Notes under the pieces: generated by a model | The model's input: only the letters and a program-made list of their open reading frames with translations | The model's database searches: none | What the model was told of the DNA's origin: nothing | Part shown: positions 50,801 through 64,000 of the stretch, in pieces | How positions within the stretch are numbered: the first letter of the stretch is position 1 | How the letters are laid out: the number at the start of each line of letters is the position of its first letter | Assembly (NCBI RefSeq): GCF_006345805.1 | Contig: NC_043014.1 | Location: 39,494,001-39,558,000, forward strand | DNA from: Octopus sinensis | Lineage: Eukaryota | Reading direction: 5' to 3' | Length of the DNA: 64,000 nucleotides | Position numbers and translations under genes: made by a program

Positions 50801-52749
50801 CAAACTTCTTGCTACACAGCCACACTTGCACATATGGGAACTTTATTTGATTATCTTTTTCAACTATAACAAAATAAATTGGGTAAAAACCCAAACAAAC
50901 CGTTTTAGTTTTCTATTATATGAAGGACTTGAAAATCATTCATTTTATACTTGTTTTTCTATGCTGTCATTGGTTGGATGGGTATTAATTTGAGGCAGTA
51001 TTTTTCTCACTGTCAATCCTTTTCTGTTACACAAAAGAATTTTTAGTCTAAATAATTTAAGAGTACAAAGCCATTAGACACATATGTTTGTTTACAAGGG
51101 ACAATAATGTGTTAACACTTTTTTGTCACTGTGCTGATCTCATGAGAGAACTGGACATGACAACTTTCATGCACACACACATGCATGCAGACATACACAC
51201 ACATACATATATGCACATATATATATACACACACATATATAAACATATATATACACACACACACACACACATATAAACATATATATATATATACACACAA
51301 ACAAACATATATATATATATACACATACACACACATATACAGGTACACTCACATAAATACATATACACACATTAATATACACAGTGTGTGGGTGTGTGTT
51401 TATTAAATTAAAAGTTGACAGTTAACAGAACAACCCATCTCAGGGCAAAACTCAAAGTAGACTATCAATCTGATATAATAAACATATCAATTTACTCTAC
51501 ACAATGTATTGAGTTCTATATCAGACAAAGTTTGAACTATGTAAAATATATTTTCAGTATCTTTCTTTCACTTGATTTAGTTATTAGACTGCGACCAAGC
51601 TGGGGCACTGCCTTGAAGAATTTTTTATCAACTAAATTAACCCCAGTACTTATATTTTAAAAGCCTGGTACAAATTCTATCGGTCTCATTTGTCAAACTG
51701 TTAAGTCATGGGGATGTAAACACACCAACACTGGTTGTCAAGCGATGGTGGGTAACAAACACATACACAAACACATGCACGCACGCACACACACCACACA
51801 CACACACACCTAAATGCTTTTTTCAATAGAAGATTTTTATAGTACCTCCAACCTCTTTTTCCCTTCTCTCTACAACTAATAGTGTTAGATCATAAATAAT
51901 AACAAAAGCACAGAAAACAGTTTTGAAATTTCAGCTACCCATAACAATATATGCCAAACTTGAGATAATATAAACAGCTGTCCCAGACAAACTTAAAATT
52001 CACACAAACAGATTATTCTTTATTCATGCTTACAAAGAAAGAAAGGAAAACCCAACACCTATAGATATGTATAAAGGTTTGTGTTTTTGTGTCTCGGTAG
52101 TAGTAAAAGTGTCAGTGATATAATAATAAAGAATAATAATATTAAAATTAAAGAATGTATAATAAAATTGCATAACCTATTTTGAGAAAAATTATAGGTT
52201 TTTATGACTGGTTTTAAAAATAGGTATTTATATTGTTTATTAATCTTATAAGGCAATTGGTGAAAAATAGCATTGTTGGCTATAGTTTTCCATTGGGATG
52301 CACGCACTGGTTCATTGCATTTCTGCTGGGAAAAGTGACAGGGGAATATCTGTAACTTGGTGCAGAACAAATATTTCAAGAACTTAATTCATCAGAAAAC
52401 CAAAATTTGATTTGTTTAAAGATATGAGATTTTTGTTTAAAGATTTAAAAAATTTTCTCTCTAGTTTCAGCTCAGAGCTGTGGCCATGCTGTTGCACCGC
52501 CGTTTTGCTACACTGTTATTACTAAGAGCCTCCTCTAAAATGTGGAACTTGGTGAAGAATGGAGTTTGATATAGCTACCCTCATTTGCACCCTTTGCCGT
52601 GAGGTAGGTTCATCTGGGACTCACGACAGGAAGAGGTCCAGCTTTGATTTAAAAACCCCTGCATCTACTCTGTGCAAGTTCCTCAGACTCTTTGGGAGAA
52701 TATTAAAAAACTGTGGACCCTTGAAACCCAGGCTGTTGCAGTAACTGGT

Positions 52750-53085
52750 CCTGAAGTGTGATGACATTGCTGGGATCTTTGGCACTATGCAGTGTCATCC
52801 TATTTTGGCATTGGTGTAGCTTTCAATGCCAAAATTTGGCACAATTCTTTCCAGGATCTTCCAGATATATATTACTACATACCTCTCCCATCTCTCCAGG
52901 GAGTAGAGTCTTAGCTGTTTCAAAGAAACAATCTTCTTTGTGAATCTTCTCTGGATTGCTTCAAGGTCCGCTGTTAATTTCACACTGGTGGGTGACCATA
53001 GCTGTAAGCAGTAATCCAGGCGGCTGAGGACAAATGTCCACCAGAGGACCATCATGGTTTCCTTATCTCGTATGATAAATTCGTA
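52750..53085 (-). mobile_element. CR1/L2-group LINE RT C-terminal fragment
   Basis: FVLSRLDYCLQLWSP...DLEAIQRRFTKKI...LYSLER.ERY..IYIWKIL...VPNFGI resembles the CR1-type thumb region. Confidence 0.8.
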
Positions 53086-53139
53086 ACAATGTGAATAAAT
53101 ATTACATTTGACAGAGTATTCTGAATGGTAAAGGGTTAA

Positions 53140-53770
53140 CTCTTTAATGTTTAAGCCAGCCATATCAGGCCCAAATATTTTATCTCTTTACTCTTTACTC
53201 TTTTACTTGTTTCAGTCATTTGACTGTGGCCATGCTGGAGAACCGCCTTTAGTCGAGCAAATCGACCCCGTGACTTATTCTTTGTAAGCCCAGTACTTAT
53301 TCTATCGGTCTCTTTTGCTGAACCGCTAAGTGACGAGGACGTAAACACACCAGCATCGGTTGTCAAGCAATGCTAGGGGGACAAACTCAGACACACAAAC
53401 ATATACATACACATATATATATACATATATACGACGGGCTTCTTTCAGTTTCCGTCTACCAAATCCACTCACAAGGCATTGGTCGGCCCGGGGCTATAGC
53501 AGAAGACACTTGCCCAAGATGCCACGCAGTGGGACTGAACCCGGAACCATGTGGTTGGTTAGCAAGCTACTTACCACACAGCCACTCCTGCACCTGTTTA
53601 TATTCTGTTTTATATTCAAAGTAGCTAGATCTGGCCTCTCACACCTACTCTACAATGTCATGCTAAAAACAGACAATAACACAATAGAAATCAGAAAGAT
53701 ATGAGATAATTGTTCTAAACAATGTGAATAAATAGGCATTATGTTTGTCAGTAATCTGAAAGCTAAAGGG
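53140..53770. mobile_element. piggyBac-type MITE (family P2) interrupted by SINE A
   Basis: TTAA|CTCTTTA...GCTAAAGGG|TTAA. Related copy at 48753-48942 and a ~45-bp mini-derivative at 34741-34786. Confidence 0.75.
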
Positions 53771-54157
53771 TTAAATATGCATGTTTTATAGACTTTATTA
53801 AAAGGAGAAAAATCAAGTCAACTTAGGATGTTTTTGTTTTTTCAAAAGCACATCTGTGAGGGGACAGTACAGTCAAAGGGTAAAGATGTGCTACTGATTA
53901 GCCTTCTCCACTCATACACACACACACACGCACACTCCTTCTTTGCTCTTTTCTATGTATGTGAACAGTGAAGTTTGTTATTTATATATACATTGGGTGT
54001 ATGGGAGTATGTATAATTTTAAATGGTGCTGCTGCTGTTACTGTGAGTGTGTCACTGTTTGTGGGTTTTGTGGTGAACTTTGGACTTGGACCTGAGATTA
54101 TATCTAAACATCTATGTTTACATACGTATGTTGTATGTGTTCCTATATGTGTGTATG

Positions 54158-54214
<57 letters not shown>

Positions 54215-54389
54215 AGTTGAAGGCCGCCCATGAAAAACAAAGTCTTTTTGAGGCAAAAGGGTTTGTCAATGTAATATATACATGCTATTATTTATAGCTT
54301 TATACTTTATATGTACTTCAAGAACCTATTCCAAAATAGGAATTATTCTACAATCTCTTGAAAATTTATAAATTCTTATGACATCAATA

Positions 54390-54502
<113 letters not shown>

Positions 54503-55188
54503 ACATATATACACACATGGAATTGCTGAAAAGTTCCTGGCTTTGGGTAAAAGAAAATACAGGAGGATCAGTTAAGTATGATTTTATTCAACATATTCCC
54601 CTCTCAGGTTCACACACTTATTGCAGCAGTCCTTCAGTTTTTCTAAACCCTGTAAAAGAACTCAGAAGGCCTTTTAACAATACCCTCAAAGCCAGGAACT
54701 TTTCAGCACCCCTCAAATAATATATATATAATATATATATATATCACGTGATCACGTGACCGACCAGACCATCAGATGTTGTTACACATCGCTGGTCACA
54801 ATGCGTTCGCATTGTTTTAGCCTTTGAATGATGCCACCCCGCTGGCTAAGCGAGCAGGCCAACAGAAGAAAGAGTGAGAGAAAGAGTGGTGAAAGAGTAC
54901 AGCAGGGATCACCACCCCCTGCCAGAGCCTCGTGGAGCTTTTAGGTGTTTTCGCTCAATAAACACTCACAACGTCCGGCCTGGGAATCGAAACCGTGAGT
55001 CTGCTGCCCTAACCACTGGGCCATTTCACCTCCACACCACACACACATATATATATATATATAATATATATATATATATAAAGTTAATCCAAACATACAT
55101 GAAAACACAAAGAGAAAACACAACAACGCGAGAACGTGGAACAAATATAGTATTATTGGACGCTCAGGAAGGAAGGGAAGAAGGAAGG

Positions 55189-55223
55189 TTTTACATTTCG
55201 AGCGGAGCTCTTCGTTAGAAACA
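55189..55223 (-). ncRNA. Minimal hammerhead-like motif (family H2)
   Basis: GTTT CTAACGA A GAGC TCC GCTC GAAA T GT A AAAC: helix I GTTT/AAAC, helix II GAGC/GCTC. G5A and CpG-type changes relative to consensus. Confidence 0.55.
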
Positions 55224-55612
55224 TAAGAAAAGGAAAGATCCGGAGAAGGGAAGACGAATGAAAAAAAAATCGCCAACGGTACACACGTGGTGGAGCACTC
55301 TGTTAGTTATGACGACAAGAGTCCTAGCTGATATGAACAACAGAACAAGTTGTTCGTGAAATTAACGTGCAACTGGCTGAGCATTCCACAGACACGTGTA
55401 CCCTTAACATAGTTCTCAGGGAGATTCAGCATGACACAGAGTGTGACAAGGTTAGCCCTTTGAAATACATGTACTACTCATTTTTGCCAGCTGAGTAGAC
55501 TGGAGCAACGTGAAATAAAGTGTCTTGTTCAAGGCCACAACACATCACCAGGAATTGAGCTCATGACCTTACAATTGCAAGCTGAATGCCCTAACCACTA
55601 AGCCATGCACCT

Positions 55613-55663
<51 letters not shown>

Positions 55664-56070
55664 GTATCTATGGGTGTGTATGTGTATGTATGTATATATA
55701 TATATGTGTGTGTGTATCTGTGGGTGTATATATATATATATTATATATATATATCATCATCATCGTTTAACGTCTGTTTTCCATGCTAGCATGGGTTGGA
55801 AGGTTTGACTAGGGTCTGGGAAGCCAAGAGGCTGCACCAGGGTCTGGGAAGCCAGGAGGCTGCACTAGGCTCCAGTCTGATCTGGCAGTGTTTCTACAGC
55901 TGGATGCCCTTCCTAACGCCAACCAGTCCATGAGTGTAGTGGGAGCTTTTTACGTGCCACCGGCACAGGGGCCAAAGGAGGCTGGCAACAGCCACAATCG
56001 GTTGGTGCTTTTTAACATACCACTGGCATATATATATGCTTTATTAAAAAGCAGCTAAAATATCACAAAA

Positions 56071-56107
56071 CTGTTACTCGGAGTTTCATGTTCCCGTTCA
56101 TCAAACA
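56071..56107 (-). ncRNA. Hammerhead-like motif (family H3), left arm of palindrome
   Basis: TGT TTGATGA ACG GGAA CAT GAA ACTC C GAGT A ACAG. Confidence 0.6.
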
Positions 56108-56119
56108 TTCTAAACAAAA

Positions 56120-56157
56120 CTGCCCAACGAACAGGAATGTGAAACTCTGAGTAACAG
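56120..56157 (+). ncRNA. Hammerhead-like motif (family H3), right arm of palindrome
   Basis: CTGC CCAACGA ACA GGAA TGT GAA ACTC T GAGT A ACAG. Confidence 0.5.
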
Positions 56158-57934
56158 TTTTGTGATATTTTTGCTGCTTTTTAATAAAGCATATTAAAGC
56201 ACCCACTACACTCTCGGAGTGGTTGGCGTTAGGAAGGGCATCCAGCTGTAGAAACACTGCCAGATCAGATTGGGCCTGGCGCAGCCTTCTGGCTTCCCAG
56301 ACCCCAGTTGAACTGTCCAACTCATGCTAGCATGGAAAACGGACGTTAAACGATGATGATGATGATGATGATGACTCTACCTTTGGTATTCGAGTACTTG
56401 TTTCGCATCTATGTGCTAACTCTGGTATATATATATACATGCATGGTTTGTGAGTGGCTGTTGATAAACAGAGACGTTATGTGTGAATTACTTGCCAATG
56501 CTTTTGTTTGTTAATTTTTTTGTTCTGGTTGCGTTGAGTGTTTTGTGGTTTGACATTTTTATTATATGCATTCATGTATGTCAGAACTAGCTTTAACTGG
56601 GTTGATATGCTTCAACACCAATATATATATATACATACATATATTTATACATATATATATACATAATCACACATACATATACATATGTATACATATATAT
56701 ATATGTACATATATACATATACATATATATACATATACATATACATATATATATACATACATATACATATATATATACAAATACATATATATACAAATAC
56801 ATATATATACAAATACATATATATACAAATACATATATATACAATTACATATATATACAAATAATATATATATATATATATATATATAGGGAGAATTCAC
56901 AAAAAAACAAAAGACGAAGACAGGACGTGTAGAGAACAAACAGATGTATTAGTTTAATGCTCAGGAAGTGAAAATGTCTTTAACATTTTGAGCCTATGCT
57001 CTTCCACATAAAGGGACACAGAAAGAAATAGGGTAAGAAAATAATATATATATATATATATATATATGGTGGCTGCCCCCTTGTTATTGAGTATGGCCAT
57101 TGCACGAAGCTTAATCAATGTTGTTATCATGCAATGCCTGTGCAAGAAGTGGGGAAAGGCTGTGCACTGAGTCAATCCCACTCACTAAGCAACAGCAGCC
57201 ATAATCCGAAAAGAAGAACAAGTCAACATCATCGGTAACCACTGAGCCGCAGGTTTTATGTTGGAATTATCCCAGTTACCTTCTATTAGAAGGATGCCCT
57301 AACAAAGGCTAGGAGTCCTTCACTCCCAATGGTTTAACCGCGCGATCGGGTATTCAGTCCGATTATTTCTATGTCCTCGCGCATGATTACAGCCATAAGA
57401 CATTTATTGGATGGCCGTTGACTCTCAAGAGTTCCTCCGCCCTTTGACGGGTTTTGTTTTCCATCCCGCAGGGTGTCCAATAAACACCCTCCTCACTTCA
57501 CCAAGCAAGCCTGGTGGGGTTGCCGGTTTAGTCGCCGACGACCCGACCATGCAACAGGTTGTACTGGGTTACATGTTACCAGTAGCACTCAAAAGTGACC
57601 TGGCATAAATAAATATATATATATATATATACATTCCTATATTCATACATACGTACATACACACAGTCACACAAGCATATGGGTGCACACATATACGTGC
57701 CACATGTTTACAGCTGCAAGTGTACACATATGGATGCATGTACATGTGTATGCATGTATGTATTTATGTATACTTCACAAGTGCCAGTATCACAACCCCC
57801 CCCCCCGAAAAACCACCTTGTACACACTGTAAGGAATAGCCACATAGGCACAGAAATCATGCACCACTGCAATCTTGTTGGAGCCCCGTCAAACATTCCA
57901 ACCCATGCCAGCATGAAAAACAGGCATTAAATTA

Positions 57935-58270
57935 TGATAATGATGATGCTGATGATGACGATGGTGGTGGTGGTGGTGGTGGTGGTGTGATGATAGTGAT
58001 GATGATGGTAATGATAGCGACAATGATGATGATGGTAGTGATGATAATGATGATGATGACAATGATGGTGGCGGTGGTGGTGGTGGTGGTGATGATGACG
58101 ATGATGGTGGTGATGATGGTAATGATAATGACATTGATGATGATGATGATGATGATGACAATGATGGTGGTGGTGGTGGTGGTGATGATGACGATGATGG
58201 TGGTGATGATGGTAATGATAATGACAATGATGATAATAGTATTGATGATAATGTTGGTGGTGATGATGAA
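57935..58270. repeat. Compound (GAT/GGT)n repeat with an internal ~84-bp higher-order duplication
   Basis: Direct reading. Follows a degenerate family B 3' end. Confidence 0.9.
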
Positions 58271-58919
58271 GTTATCAAGAAACAGGGTCGAAGGTCCTTC
58301 CTGAGCCATAGGCTCATAAGACCAGTTTCCTCAACAGGATGCCAGGTTGTAGCAGGATTACTCATTTTCGCCAGCTAGGTACACTAGAGTAACATGAAGT
58401 AAAGTGTTTTGCTTAAGAACGCAATATACTACCCTGTCCAGGAATCAAAATCACAATCTTACAATCAAGAGTGTAATGCCTTGGTTTCAAATTTTGGCAT
58501 GAGGCTAGCTAGCTCAGGGGGAGGAGGCTGGTCAATTACACTTGCCCTAGTGCTCAACTGGTACTTATTTTATCAACCCCAAAAGAACAAAACACAAAGT
58601 CGGTCTTGGCAGAATTTGAACTCAGAACATGCAGACTGACGAAATGCCACAGAACATTTTACCCAGCTTGCTCACAATTCTGCGAGCTTGCCAGCTTATA
58701 ATATTGATTTCAAATTTTGGCACAAAGCCAGCAATTTCAGGGAGGGCATAAGTCAATTACATTGACATCCAGTGTTCAACTGGTACTTATTTTATCAACC
58801 CCGAAAGGATGTAAGGCAAAGTTGACCTTGCCAGGATTTGAACTCAGAATGTTAAGACAGAGGAAATGCTACTTAGATTTTACCCAGCATGCTAATGATT
58901 CTTCCAACTCATTGCCTTC

Positions 58920-59520
58920 TTATTTCTTTACTGCCCACAAGGGGCTACACACAGAGGGGACAAACAAGGACAGACAAACGGATTAAGTCAATTATATCGA
59001 CTCTAGTGCGTAACTGGTACTTTTTTAATCGACCATGAAAAGATAAAAGGCAAAGTCGACCTTGGCAGAATTTGAACTCAGAACATAGCAGCAGACAAAA
59101 TACCTATTTCTTTACTACCCACAAGGGGCTAAAACACAGAGAGGACAAACAAGGACAGACAAACGGATTAAGTCGATTATATCGACTCTAGTGCGTAACT
59201 GGTACTTATTTAATCGACCCCGAAAGGATGAAAGGCAAAGTCGACCTCGGCGGAATTTGAACTCAGAACGTAGCGGCAGACGAAATACCTATTTCTTTAC
59301 TGCCCACAAGGGGCTAAACACAGAGAGGACAAACAAGGACAGACAAGCGGATAAAGTCGATTATATCGACCCCAGTGCATAACTGGTACTTATTTAATCG
59401 ACCTCGGAAAGATAAAAGCAAAGTTGACCTCGGTGGAATTTGAACTCAGAATGTAGCGGCAGACGAAATACCGCTAAGCATTTCGCCTGGCGTGCTAACG
59501 TTTCTACCAACTCATTGCCT
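58920..59520 (-). repeat. Tandem trimer (~183-bp period) of SINE D body
   Basis: TATTTCTTTACTGCCCACAAGGGGCTA unit starts at ~58920, ~59106 and ~59290. Confidence 0.88.
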
Positions 59521-60094
59521 TCTGCCACCTAAGAATATAGCAATATTGTTATTAGTTATATTGCATCAAACTATGTTGTATCATCAGACTTCTTTCATAA
59601 CCTTGCATTTATTGGGAATTTTTTTTTTTGATGCTGTGGTCATGGCAGAGTTATTTAGTACACTATTTCAGTATTCTTCGGTTATTTGTAAAGTTGGTGC
59701 CAAGCTGGTGAGCTTCTGTGATTCTTTTTCGTTTTTTTTTTTAGCTCTTATTGTATTATATCTAAGAGATGTTTATATAACATAACAGGCTAATAAACTA
59801 ACCCGCTATACATACAAACATACATGCGGACATAAGTACATATATTACAAGCTTACATGTATGTATGAATGCAAGCATACAGTTGTGCACGTGTGTAGGT
59901 ATATATATCTTTGAGAACATGCAAGCGAGTATGTATAAAATATGGACTAGTATTTGTGATTGCACATATCAAAACATTTGGAGCTGCTGATGACCTGTGT
60001 GAATGGGTAGAATAAAGAAAAAAATTGACAAACCACAAAGCACTTGACAGAACAACAAAAACATATTTATATATATATATATATATGTATATAT

Positions 60095-60169
<75 letters not shown>

Positions 60170-60183
60170 ATGTATGTATGTAT

Positions 60184-60232
<49 letters not shown>

Positions 60233-60248
60233 TATATATATATGTATG

Positions 60249-60345
<97 letters not shown>

Positions 60346-60367
60346 GTATATGTGTGTGTGTATATAT

Positions 60368-60398
<31 letters not shown>

Positions 60399-62720
60399 TA
60401 TATATATACATATATATATACACCACACAATACATATATACATATGTACATCTATAGATATACACCCATATACATACATATATAAATATACATACATATA
60501 ATGTCTGTGTGTGTGTGTGTGTGTATAAATAGGCAGAGGCATGAATGTGTGGTAAGAAGCTTGCCTCCCAACCACATGGTTCCGGGTTCAGTCTCACTGT
60601 GTGGCACTTTGGGCAAGTGTCTTCTACTATAGCCCCAGGCCAACCAAAGCCTTGTGAGTGGATTTGGTAGACGGAAACTGAAAGAAGCCTGCCATGTGTG
60701 TGTGTGTATGTATGTGTCTGTGTATGTCCCGTCATGACTGCTTCACAACTGGTGCTGGTGTGTTTACATCCCTGTAACAGAGGGGTTCGGCAAAACGGAC
60801 TGATAGAACAAGTACTAAGCTTTAAAAAGAAAGTCCTGGTGTCAATTTGTCCAACCAAAAAAAAAAAAACCCTTCAAGGCAGTGCTCCAGTATGGCCACA
60901 GTCAAATGACTGAAACGAGTGAAAAAATAAAAGAATATACATACATACATAAACACACATACACACAAATATGTGGGACTATAATGAAGGCTGAAGGTGA
61001 ACAAAACAAAACCCACACACACACACACACACACACACGTGTACCATTACATAAAAAAGTACCATCTGCCCAGTTTCAAATCAGGCGTACAAGCACAATG
61101 GGAACATAGCACAACATGAACAAAAATTCAGTTTCACATACAAAGCAAAGGGCAAAGAAGAAGCGGGTATGATGAAAGTGTAAATCAATGTGCGTCGTCC
61201 TCAATGAAGTTGTAGACCACGATGAAAGGAGTTCAACAAACCAATTAATCAATTGATTAAATGGCTAATTGTCTAATTAATTGAAAATAAACTGATGAGA
61301 AATACAAGCGGCGTGTGTGATTTAATGGGTAGTGTAGTCATCGTAAAATATAATAATATCTGTTTCAACACATGAATTCACATCTTTCGTCTTTAATCAT
61401 TTACTTGTTTCACTCATTAGTCTGTAGGCGTAAGAGTGGCTGTGTGGTAAGTAGCTTGCATACGAACCACATGGTGCCGGGTTCAGTCCACTGCATGGCA
61501 CCTTGGGCAAGTGTCTTCTTCTATAGCCTTGGGCTGACCAAAGACTTTTGAGTGGATTTAGTAGATCGAAACTGAAAGAAGCCCATCGTATATATGTATA
61601 TGTATATGCGTGTGTGTATATATTTGTGTGTCTCTGTTTGTCCCCTCAACATCGCTTGACAACCGACGTTCCCGTAACTTAGCGGTTCAGCAAAAGAGAC
61701 CAATAGAATAAGTATTAGGCTTACAAAGAATAAGTCCTGGGGTTGAGTTGCTTGACTAAAGGCAGTGTTGTAGCATGGCTGCAGTCAAATGACTGAAACA
61801 AGTAAAGAGACCGTGGCCATGCTGGGGCACCTATTTGAAGACTTTTAGTCAAATGAAATAACCCCAGTACTTAGTATATTGTGGTGCTTATTTTATCAGA
61901 ACCTTTTGTTGAAGCATTAAGTTTTGGAGACACAAACACACCAACACTCGTTACCAAGCAATGATGGGGGAGAAACACAGACTCAAAAACACACACACAC
62001 AACACACACTGATACATATATATATATGACAGGCTTCTTTCAGTTTCCATGTACCAAATCCACTCACAGTAACTTTGGTCAGCCTCAGGCCCAAGGTATC
62101 ATGCAGTGGAACTGAAAACTGGAACCATTACACACACATAAGACAGGCTTCTTTCAGTTTCCATCTACTAAATCCATTCACAAAGCTTTAGTCTGCCAAG
62201 GGCTACAGTAGAAAACGCTTACACAAGGTGCTGTGCAGTGGAACTGAACTTGAAGCCATGTGGTTGGGAAGCAAGCTTCACAGCCATGCAGCCATGCCTG
62301 TGCCTATAAACCTGAACAATTCTACACCCAATTCTTTCTTTTACACCTGTAATACTAAATCTAATTATTTACTACCCTAACAAACATTTAATAAATCATG
62401 CAAACAAAACATTTTTTTTTTTAGAATATACATACACTGAAGATACAAGAACATAACTTCCTATTAATGTTTATTAGTTTTGCCTACGTTATACATTATA
62501 ATTTACTAAATTTATCTTTCTATTATAAATCATACTTTGTTTTAACCTTTGTATCAGACACAGAGTGTTCTTTAGAACAATTTGCAAATTGGCTGCCCTA
62601 AGAGCCATTGACCTCTAATATCTCAGACTCTCTCAAGTCACTTACACCGGAGCCACTTTTGTACGTTAGTCCATCTCAGTACATTTTATAAGCTTTCTTG
62701 TCACACTTCTCTTCCTTCCA

Positions 62721-62759
<39 letters not shown>

Positions 62760-62883
62760 TTCTATGTCTCAGCTTCTGTCACTTCTCTTCCCCCATACAC
62801 TTCTCTGTTGCTCTATTGCTTTTATCCGATACATTGCTCTCTCTTTAATCATGAACAATCAGATACAATACATGGGTATGTAT

Positions 62884-62924
<41 letters not shown>

Positions 62925-63519
62925 ATCTTTTACTTGTTTCAGTCAGTAGACTGCAGTCATGGTGGGCACCCCTTAAAATGAATCAGCCCCAGTATTTATT
63001 CTTTTGGTCTATTTTGCCAAACCATCAATTTAAGGAGGTACAAACACACTAACACCAATTGTCAAGTGGTCATGGGGGACAAACCCAGACACAAAGACAC
63101 ACACACACATACACACACACACACACACATATACACACAACGAGCTTCTTTCAGCTTTCATTTACCAAATCCACTCATAAGGCTTTGGTCAGTCCAAGGC
63201 TATAGTACAAGACACTTGTCCAAGGAGCCGCACAGTGGGACTGAACCCTGAACTATGTGGCTGGGGAAAGCAAGCTGCTTGCTACACAACTCTGCTTGAA
63301 CATACAGCCATGCCTGCACCTATATATATCATACATATATATCATCATTATCATTTTAACATCCACTTTCCATGCTTGCACGGGTCGGATGGAATGTATC
63401 AAGGCAGATTTTCTACAGCTAAATGATGTCCTTCCTGTGCCTAACACTTACCTATTTTCAAGGAAGGTCCACCATGGACAGATATATTTTCAAAGAAGAT
63501 TGAGAATGGAGGACATTAC

Positions 63520-64000
63520 TTTACTTGTACTTGTGACGGCGTTCACCCAGGGCGGGTGGAACTGGTTTCTTCTCTGGTCCTGATGGCATCACGAACCATG
63601 GTGGCCCACACTCGATGGTCCCATGCAGGGTCACTGGAGATAGCGAGCCATTCGTGGTTCCATCTGCGCAGACTGACCACCTGCAGACCTGAGAGTTCGG
63701 AGAGGTCCTCCTTTATCGTCGTTGCCCAGGTCTTCAGCTGCCGGCCCGTGCATTTGCGCCAGTTGGGAAGTGGAGGTGGGAGGAGGACATCGCGAATCAG
63801 CTCACCCTCTGGACATCGGGCCGGATGACTGAACCACCTTAAGCGCCGTTGTAGAAGCACCAAAGGGAGGGGCCGGAGATTCAGGCGATGACGAAGACTG
63901 GCTGTAGGAACCCGATCAATGCATCGGCAGCGAAGAATGCGGCAGAGACAGTCATTGTCGAACACCTCCAGCCTTCACTGTATAACAGCCATCACATTAC
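63520..64000 (-). mobile_element. RTE-clade LINE 3' fragment (family RTE-a, CAAGTA tail)
   Basis: QRRLRWF.H.AR.PEGELIRDVLLP...W.K..G.QLKTWATTIKEDL is typical of the RTE ORF C-terminus. Ends ...TRPG* then CACAAGTACAAGTAAAGT. Runs off the window edge. Confidence 0.88.

Noticed and set aside
57889-58365. Ser/Pro/His-rich and Met/Val-rich ORFs
   Set aside because: Translations of the (GAT/GGT)n microsatellite.

Overview
Eukaryotic, AT-rich, microsatellite-dense genomic DNA. The SINE families resemble the tRNA-derived octopus SINEs, so a coleoid cephalopod (Octopus) origin is inferred. One host gene is supported: an SLC16/monocarboxylate transporter (MFS) on the minus strand. Three coding exons were traced by splice sites and reading phase (33572-33842, 15038-15181, 11891-13048). 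The C-terminal exons lie left of the window and at least one 5'UTR exon lies to the right of 34017. The rest is intron or upstream sequence filled with repeats: at least five SINE-like families, 3' tails of an RTE LINE ending in (GAT)n, and fragments of a second RTE and a CR1-type LINE. It also holds a young 5'-truncated R4/Dong RLE retrotransposon in (TAA)n, a decayed gag-only element with a CCHC knuckle, two non-autonomous Helitrons, piggyBac and mariner MITEs, and long (AT)n tracts. The least expected signal is three related families of short (AT)n-associated repeats carrying minimal type I hammerhead-ribozyme motifs, 8 copies in total. Two of these sit head-to-head inside a ~620-bp nested foldback. 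Other highlights are an ATG exon bracketed by inverted SINEs, an in-frame alternative donor adding RRxS motifs, and a satellite born from a SINE head. All structure and family calls were made by eye, without searches.
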